Source of the DNA: Phoronis australis
Taxonomy: Eukaryota > Animalia > Phoronida
Assembly (NCBI GenBank): GCA_002633005.1
Contig: NMRA01000010.1
Location: 923,252-987,251 of the forward strand
Length of the DNA stretch: 64,000 nt
Reading direction: 5' to 3'
Below are positions 28,301 to 37,300 of the stretch, piece by piece. How positions within the stretch are numbered: position 1 is the first letter of the stretch; each line of letters begins with the position of its first letter. The position numbers and the translations under genes were made by a program. The notes under the pieces are model-generated. The model saw only the letters and a program-made list of their open reading frames with translations, was not told the DNA's origin and did no database searches.

Positions 28301-31300
28301 TATAGACATAGAACACTGCCGTATGCCGTAAGTAACATCTGACATTACTAGAGTACTACAACGTGTTACGTAACTCCTCCAGTTTGTTGAATAGTACGAC
28401 ACATCAGTGGTACGTGATCAAGCTTCTCTGATTACTAATCCGATACATAATTTAAACTTTTCGTGGTTTAAGTGGCACGTGACTGTCTAATACATGTATC
28501 ATCTGGACCCAAGTTTGATTTGCATGCATATCAATAGGTCGTATTTTACTATTGTTGGAAGTTCATAAAATGCATGCTTACCACTTTTACTAATTCCATA
28601 CCCGCTTTGAATAATTCATTCCAGATTCACGCTTTCTACGCAAAATGTGGTCGCGCATCCTGCAACTGCGGCGTTGCTGTCATGTCCGGCGATGACGTCA
28701 TATTATTCGACAGGTGCAAGAGTTCTAAAGGACACCACAAACACAAGCGTGGAAAGAAGTACAAGAAGTACCCCGTGTTAACACAGATGTTCCTCAATGG
28801 CCAGTTGACAGACGGAACTAGGGTGTTTCAGAGTGGCGGCAATAAATACACGGTTAGTGACCGACTCGGAAAGTATAAAGTTAATGTCTGAAAAGCATAT
28901 TTAGTCTATAACCTGGCTCATTTTGAAGCCTGAGAGTCAAAGCCTGTAAAAGAAAAAGAAAGAACGCCCTCCCCGAAGATTTCTATCAAAGCCCTCATTT
29001 TTTGAAGTGACGCAGAACCACGCGAGATAATTTTCAAACGAAGGTACACGTCAACTCAGACACAATCCCTCCCTTGATGACCCTATATGCCTCAAAAAGG
29101 TCACCGGCCCACATCAGCACAGCCAATGATCAATACCGTCATTGCCTCACTGAAGATGGTTTAAGTTGTGGAATAAAAATCCCTATCAGTTATGTCTTGT
29201 TCTTGGAAAACACATCAGTTTTCAAAAAATAATAAAATGCAGACCAAACCCAAGTATGAATTTTCGCTCAATGTATATTTGTATATTTTTGCTGGAAGTA
29301 ATTGAAAAGCATAAATTCTGAGCTATTTACTTTTTGAGCACTTCTACGAATCAATGGGCGCATTTGGTGAATGGTTAGCATCCCCCTTATCACCGACCAA
29401 ACTTTCACCTTCGAACGATACCCTATTCTTAGAAAATACTTCAGCGGAACTTCAACTAAAGTAAGTTTTTAAGTTACACGTCACGCCTTTGTAAAGCGGC
29501 AACAAGATGTCTGTTTCATGTTTTTTCACAAGACAGAAAAAATTGGTGTTAGGCTTTCACTTCACAATAACTGGATACATTTTTAGCCAAGTTGCTGTGA
29601 ACAAATTGCAGTCAAAAATATTTCATAATTCTGGTTCTTGATACATCAAACATTTGGTCCTACGATCTACACTTTCATTTGCGAAAAATAACTAAAGCCC
29701 ACTCGAGCAAATGTACAAAGTCTCTGAGAGCTAGTATACATATAATTCCTAAATACTGAGAGAATTTCTGTAAATTATTCAAAGATTGTGATGTGCTCCT
29801 AAAACTCAAGTTATCATTTTCAGCAATTGTGAAGGTGTAGCGTTAGACAAGTTTTTGTCTTAAGTCTTGAGTCGCTTTCACTAAACCACAGACTATTATA
29901 GCAAATAAAACGCCAACTCATAAAATCTGTGATCGTAAGCCCGGAAGTCAATATTCACTAGCAGCGCCTAGTGTATTTCGCGGCTACATTTCTCGGAAAT
30001 AAGTCATTTGCCTATTGACTGAAAAGTGGCGCCCTATCTGTGAAGTCCGTATGAAAATACCGAAGTTGCTACTCTTTCGTCTGTGCTTTATGATAACACA
30101 GATCCCATGGCCGTAGACGCAAGAATATCGGGAAGGAAATTAAAATTACCACGACTGCTTTGCTTGTAACACAAGGCTACATTTCGAGAGGTCTTGCTTC
30201 ATCTCGCGATCTCGCGAACTTTTCGAAATGCACACCTGGTGTGTAGAGCCGAGAATCTCGTCAAAACGCCTGTCTCGGGCACGATTAAAAATCTCGTCAG
30301 ATCTCACCTTAACTTTATCACCCTTTCTATGTTTCTGGTTAACGTAATGCCTTAAAAGTACATGCTAACTATTGTCTTATAGAAATGGATCTTCTTCAGG
30401 TTGTGCTTCCAACTGGCGGCAGTCTACAAGTGATACTGAGTGGCAATGATTGGATTAATCTGTACTTCACTCCTGCTCTGTCTGACTTTGGACAAGTTGA
30501 AGGTACGCAGCATTTTATGGAACTCGAGCTTGGCATATTTCTTTTTATTCGTTTTATGTTATTTCCCTTCTCTTATTCTTGTTCCAGTTCTTCTAATTCT
30601 TCCTGCTCCTCCTTCTCCATTTTCTTCCACTTGGCCTTCTTCTTCTTCTTCTTTTGTACTTCTACTACTATTACTACTACTTCTACCCCCTTTTGCTCTT
30701 CTTTTACTTCTTCTATTTGTTGTAGTTCTTTTGTTTCCCATTCTCCCTTTTCTTCATCTTCAATCTTCGTCTCTTTCTTTACTCTATAATTTTTCTAATT
30801 TTACTCTTCGAAGTTTTTTCCTGCTGGAAACATTTCTAATGATGGTATAAAGCGTTTAATTTCAACACATTGTGCTGATCATTAACATGAACTGGTGTTG
30901 GTTGACTTGTCGCTGGATAAAGTGTTTATCAAGGTTCTTTGCACTTTTTCGCCCGCATACACGAATACATTGCAGCGGTTTTTGAATTTTGGTAGCGATC
31001 ATGAACGAACATGGTATTAACAAATTATTAATAAATAATGTCTGACAAAAATATAGTTTCAGTAATTGGTGTAATGCTTCAATTTACTGATGGTTTGATT
31101 GATTGCACTGTGCTTTTCCTAAGGACTATGCGGTAACTACAATGGAAACGCAGGGGATGACATTCAGGACAGAAAGCGCGTAGTTTTTAAGAGATTGTTG
31201 AGGACAAGGCGGCCGGATAGTTTCTCTAAAACATGGAGGTAAAGTGATTCTGTGCATTAAAACTTGTTTGGTTTAGTTTTCAATACAGATTTTTCAGTTG

Positions 31301-34300
31301 TTTACATTGTCCAATGATGGAAGTTTGATAACTTTTATCTTCTACCTTTAAACGGTTCAGCAAATAGATGTCTTATGCATGTTAAATGAGTCTGAAAATA
31401 TTAAGTGGAACCAAAGAACATTACCTTGATGAGGTAAGTGTACAGCCGTTTCGTCCATATTTCACGGACTTGATTCTCCACCGGGTGTGCACTCTGTTGT
31501 CGTTGAATGAAACAATAAAAACACTTCCGGGGATTTTTCCCTATCCGGGGTAAATCCCGTAACAAATCTGAATACGTTGGGCGTAGATCAAGTCCAGGAT
31601 ATCTGTTCAGACGTAGTCTGTCGGCTTGAATTTCCGTAGGTTTGCGTTCCTTAAACTATCGCTTCTTTTCGTTACACCAGGGCAAAATCGTCGGAGAGCA
31701 TATACAGCGGCGTGAGCAAAAAAACACCAGGACGTGGCTCCATCTATTGCAAATGTATGGACAACAGAGCTGTTTGTGGTTACAACCTTGACATTGAAAC
31801 TTGCGGCTTGGTTACCTCAGGTAATATTGTCAACTAATATTGAGCAAAATATGATATGAACGTGCATGTATTCGTATCACTTGTTATCGTGTTTTCGGGA
31901 ATCAGTATTTGACACATTTTTGTATACTAATCAAACAACTAATATTCTTTGAAAACACAATTTGCATAACTCTTATACCCAGAATTTATACCATCGCATC
32001 CCACTGAAATTGAAGACAAAATATTATTAATGCACGTTTCTGACGTAAACCTGTAGAAAATCCAGTTTTCTACTACATATTTTTATTTATTTCCTGTTTA
32101 TGATGAACGCAGAAAATTGCGTTATAACGTTTTATTTTTCTGGGTAGGGTTCAACAGCTGTCTCTCGGCGAAGTTGTTCAAACATGATATTTAGATTTAT
32201 GAACCTTTAAAAAGAATTTGAATTACTTCTGCAAACTCGCATTTTAATCAGACTTGCCATGTTTTGTAATCATATCACAGATTAGTGATCATGCTGCATT
32301 CAAAATTAATTAAATTCTTCCTTTATGCAATGAAACTACAAAAATGCGAAGTTCAACAGAAAGTAGGTCTAACTAAAATATCTTAATGGCCAAATTACGC
32401 CCAGTCCACGCATTAATAGGACTTGGACACAGCCCTAGACCTACCGGAGCTAACTGCTTGCCAAGAACAAGATGAGTGTGTACCTGAGGTATGAACCTGA
32501 GTTTTTCAATCAAAATATTTCCTTATAAGATTAGAAAAGCCTAAACAGTGCTATCGACTTGACATACTATACTCGTGGAGTCCCACTAGTTGTGACCTAC
32601 ATTTCATTTGGCGGAATTTGGCACACGGCAGAATAAAAATATCGGTGAATCTTCACTGATTTTGTTCGAAACATCCTGAAAACTATGACATTGTACAGAT
32701 AATTCGACTTTGAGGTACATGCCCAGCTTTCCATGAAACTTTCGCATGAGTGAACTTGTCATTTGTCAGGTGAAGGTTCTTCAGATTTTCACTGGCTCCG
32801 AAATACTTTTCCTGGATCAGTTATTTTTTCATCGTCCCCTTTACAAATTCCCACATCACGAGCGTGCGATTCTCTGCTAAAAAGCATCGCCTGTTGCATT
32901 TGTCGAAGCGTTTTCGGATATTGCAAAAAGCACTCAAAGATTCCACCAGGAACGTCATTTAGCAACAGTGTATTTGCCTCTGACATATTGTTTGTTTGTC
33001 GAATGTCACGGGACATTTTTCAAAGGGGCGGAGCTTGTGATAGGTCAATTCAGACTTATTAAACTAGAGTGAGGACTACCTAAGGTTACTAAAATTACTG
33101 ACACGCTCATGCCTGTCCAACTACTGTAAGTGTACGCTGTAAGCATATCATGTCATAAGTGACCGTTGATGGTCTCATGTAATGCGTGGAATCATTCAAG
33201 TAAAACTAAAAGAAGACGAAAAGATATCACATTAGAGCAACCTATTTAAGGCCTTTGCAAATACATGCAGAAGTGAGCGTGAACTCCAGCAAAGCACGAA
33301 TCTATCTGTGTTTTTGCTTGCATGTTACTGTAATGACAAGGGGGTTGTCTCCCGTATCCATGAAAATAGTGTCGGATTTAGGGGGAGGGGAGCAAGAGGG
33401 TCATAGCCCCCCTAAAACTCCCCCATATTCCATGTAGCAGTTCGGGGTTGCGAATGTCTGACGGACAAAATCCTTGCCAATACACTGCCCTGGTCCCCCT
33501 TAACTCAAAATCCTGGATCTGCCCCTAGAAACCCTGACTAAATCATAGAATCTACTCACATTTTATATGGCCTGTATTTTTGTATCCTTCATTGAAAACT
33601 AGAGTAGACAGCGAGACACATTACCATATACAAATGTATTCCTGGAGCACCTACAACCACTCACCTGTTTCGCTTCTAATAGGGAAAGACATAACCAGTG
33701 TCCTGATCAAGCAGTCGAAGCAGTCGTACAAAGGACCACGAGGTCGAGACCGCACGAGCGGAAGCAAAAGCAAAAAGAGTAAGAAGAGCAAGCGTGCAGT
33801 AGGTGACGAAGAGGTGGACGATACGGTGCCAGTGTTTGAATACAACGAGGACTTCGAGCCAATGCCTGAGGTACTCAGAGACAAAGGATACGCTTTATCC
33901 TATAGACATTGCGTGGGCATGTGACTTTTGATAGAGACCATTAAACTGGTCTCAAATGATATGTGACGCAGTTTCTGGGTGTGCATACGGCTGGCAGGTC
34001 TTTTCATCCCTCTATGACAATCCAACTTGTAGACTTTGGTCAGTTCTTTCCAAGACACGAAAACCTCAAACCTACAAATTGACTATAGCATGGACAATTT
34101 GAGACCAATTTCATAGCTGTAAGTGGTGTCCACCAAACGTTTCTGACGGAAGACATGTTTGTTTTCAAGAAACTGAAGTTCAGATATGCCTACTTCCTTA
34201 AATTGTGGTCAGTACGGACGTCCTTGGGCATATACATAATATTAAACACGATGTTCTGCACGTTAACCTTCGTGCCTAAGCTCTTCTAAGCGCCGACATC

Positions 34301-37300
34301 CCTGCGTTTTTTATAAATAATCGTAAGATTTTGTGACATGCTCTTTCCTTTTATTTTTTAAAATACAGCTGGAAGTTTTAATTTCCTTGTATGAACTTGC
34401 TTTATATAAAGGCACTTAGGCGGACCGAGGAAGTGGCTGGGTACCTAGACCACCTCCGTCAAAACAACTGCATGCCGCTTGTACATTTCCTTAAAAAATT
34501 ATTAAATTATTCTCTGCACTCCGTCCTTCTTGCAACATCCTTGAGCTGTCGGTATTGTATTGCATCGCATCAGATTCACTGATGACTGTAATTTATTATT
34601 TCAACTTAATATCCCTTATAGAATGCTACCTGGCCCAGCGATTGGATTATGACCGAAGCAGAGGCCAACGCCCACTGTCGAGACAAAATTGAAAAGTCCA
34701 AAGCTGCAGAGAAATGTGGCAAAATTGTAGGCAACGTGTCTGAGGAAGTGGCTGATTGCGTTAAAGATATCAAGGTGAGTCGTTACATCTTTTGGTTCTT
34801 CTATAGTTGGCAATTGGTTTAAACATTTAAAATGTTTTGCCAATGAACGTTGTAATTATCTTTTTGAGTGTTTTATCGCAGACTAGCAATGAAACGTCGT
34901 ATACGGAGTCATCCTTGAATGCTGTAAAAGAGACATGTGTTAACACACTGAATAAAGACACGACTCTGTGGAAGAACGACTCAGATGGTGGTGCGCTGCC
35001 CCCTGTTGACATTGTCGATGTTCTGTGCTTGGACGACTGCAACAACAACGGAGACTGCATTAACGGTCAGTGAATGCCTATGTTGAAAAATTTATGCCAA
35101 CATATACCACGCAACGGTCGCTTGTCTGTCCTTGAATTTAAATGAAATTGCCATTGAACTTCTTTTTGATGAACGAAAACAGTATGTACTTTAAAGATAC
35201 TTAGTCTCATTAAATTATGAATGTGCAAATGAAATTCTAGTTTATATACAACCCCGGGTCTTCCGGTGGGTCGGAAACCATCTGAGAACCAGTTATCAAT
35301 ACAATTTCGCGAAAATCTCTTTTTTCGAGACTATTTTTGTGTAAATGAATATATTCATACTTGGTAACATGTCATTGTTACCCTAATGAAACAAGGCACA
35401 GCGTTTATTATTTGTTCATTTCATTATCAAAATAACGATTGCGTAATATTTGGAATTACCAGGTGTCTCTATGTGGTAACACTGGTTTTCAAATGCATCG
35501 GTGGTGGTGTTTTCTTTTAAACCGCAATTTATTTACAAATTGTTTCTTTCCATGTTTATACTTGTACACACAGTTCTCCAGGAAGTCACAAGGTGGCACT
35601 TGCTACATGTTTAAATATTCACGGTTTTAATGAAACAGCTTCTTAAGCATGCACTTTCGTCCTCTGTGTCAACGTGAAACTGAAAATCGAGCTAATTGCA
35701 TGGAATATTCCTAGTTATGATAGCACCGCATTGTTTTCAACAAACATTTGAAAGTTAACATTGACTTTCAACTAAATTGAAGAGGACATAGCCAGTTCTT
35801 TTATTTTCTGGCCATTGGCCATGTGCACTGCCAACCTAAAACTCGGGGGCTCGAATTTTTGAGAATGTAGACCTTTTACTAAGATTAACGGGTTACCTGT
35901 ACGTTCCTAGCATTCGAGACCTCCGAGCTCCCCCGGGTGCGCGCATGCATTGGCTATGGATGGTTTTCATGGAAATACCACTAGTGTAGGCTTTTCGTGG
36001 TTTGTCGACTAAGATACCTATTTTTTATTTAGATTGCTGTACATATAATCAGAAGGAAATGCACTTCTGAGCAGTAAGATTAGATCCAAATGAAATATCG
36101 CATCCTGCATACGTTTCCTCGTGGTCTTAGGTACATGTCAGTGCAGGGAACCCTGGACAGGAGGCACGTGCAGCGTTAACTCAACAGCGCCACCTACGGT
36201 TGTGAGTGGAGGTTTATGTGATATCGTGACAGAAAACTGCGAGTTGAAGGCAGTTCTTGGCGACGACTTCGTGCCGTCTGGTAACTTATCCTGCCACATG
36301 AAGCGAACAGAGGTATGTATTGTACCGATATTACCATTGATATTTACAGAGGTATGTATTGTACCGATATTACCATTGATATTTACAGAGGTATGTATTG
36401 TACCGATATTACCATTGATATTTACAGAGGTATGTATTGTACCGATATTACCATTGATATTTCCAAAGGTTGAGGATGAGAGGGAAGGAGGGGAGGGAGT
36501 GAGTGGATTTTCAAAAGTGGAGTAATACATCCTTTGGGTGTAAAGTAAACCTTTGTTTCAAATACATAATAGATGATTACAAACATTTTTAAGTCTGGTA
36601 TGCATGCTATCTGTTGATCACATCGCGTGACCTAACAGGGGGCGCGCAAACCAGACATAAAATGTTTGCAATTTCTACCCCATGCCTATTTTAAGATTTA
36701 ATTAATGAGTTATAAAGTAGAGGATACTGTTTACTTTGTACGTTGTGGTCGACTCTTTGCATTGTTAATAAATATTGTTTGCCGCGGTCTCATACTCTGA
36801 TAGGAGCATGTCAAACTCGTTTGCATTCAACGGCAGTGATGTACATGTCTGTAACTTTGTAAAATAAGTACCCAAATTCATAGTTAATGTATTAAATCAC
36901 TCAATAATGTATACTGTAAGCCAGGAGAAAGACGCTTTCAAGAATGGTGCCGAAATGAAATAAGAACAGAATATAAATGGAGCAAAATATATTTGGCAGA
37001 TCAAGGGAATAGAGAAGATCACAGTCCAACCTGGTGTTGTCATGTACACAGCGGAGTTCGTGGGCTTCAGTCAAGTCAACTGTCCCGTGCCCTCGGTAGA
37101 TAATGACTTGCCGAGGGCTTACAGCGTGGGTGTCAGCAACGACGGTCTGGTCGTGAGCGAGGATACGGTTGTTGTATTAACCTACAACTCGGAGTGTTTC
37201 GAGTGTAACGTTGACGACCCATTGCCCACGTGTACACGTCTGGTGAGTACGGTTGTTAGGCACAACATGGGATTAGGGGTTACCTTTACTAAATGCAACT

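Noticed and set aside
30385-30850. Hydrophobic 134-136 aa ORFs
   Set aside because: Beyond the real exon 30400-30502 they translate a CT-rich microsatellite
36307-36462. CRISPR-like array
   Set aside because: Units are directly adjacent and identical with no spacers; eukaryotic context and no cas genes
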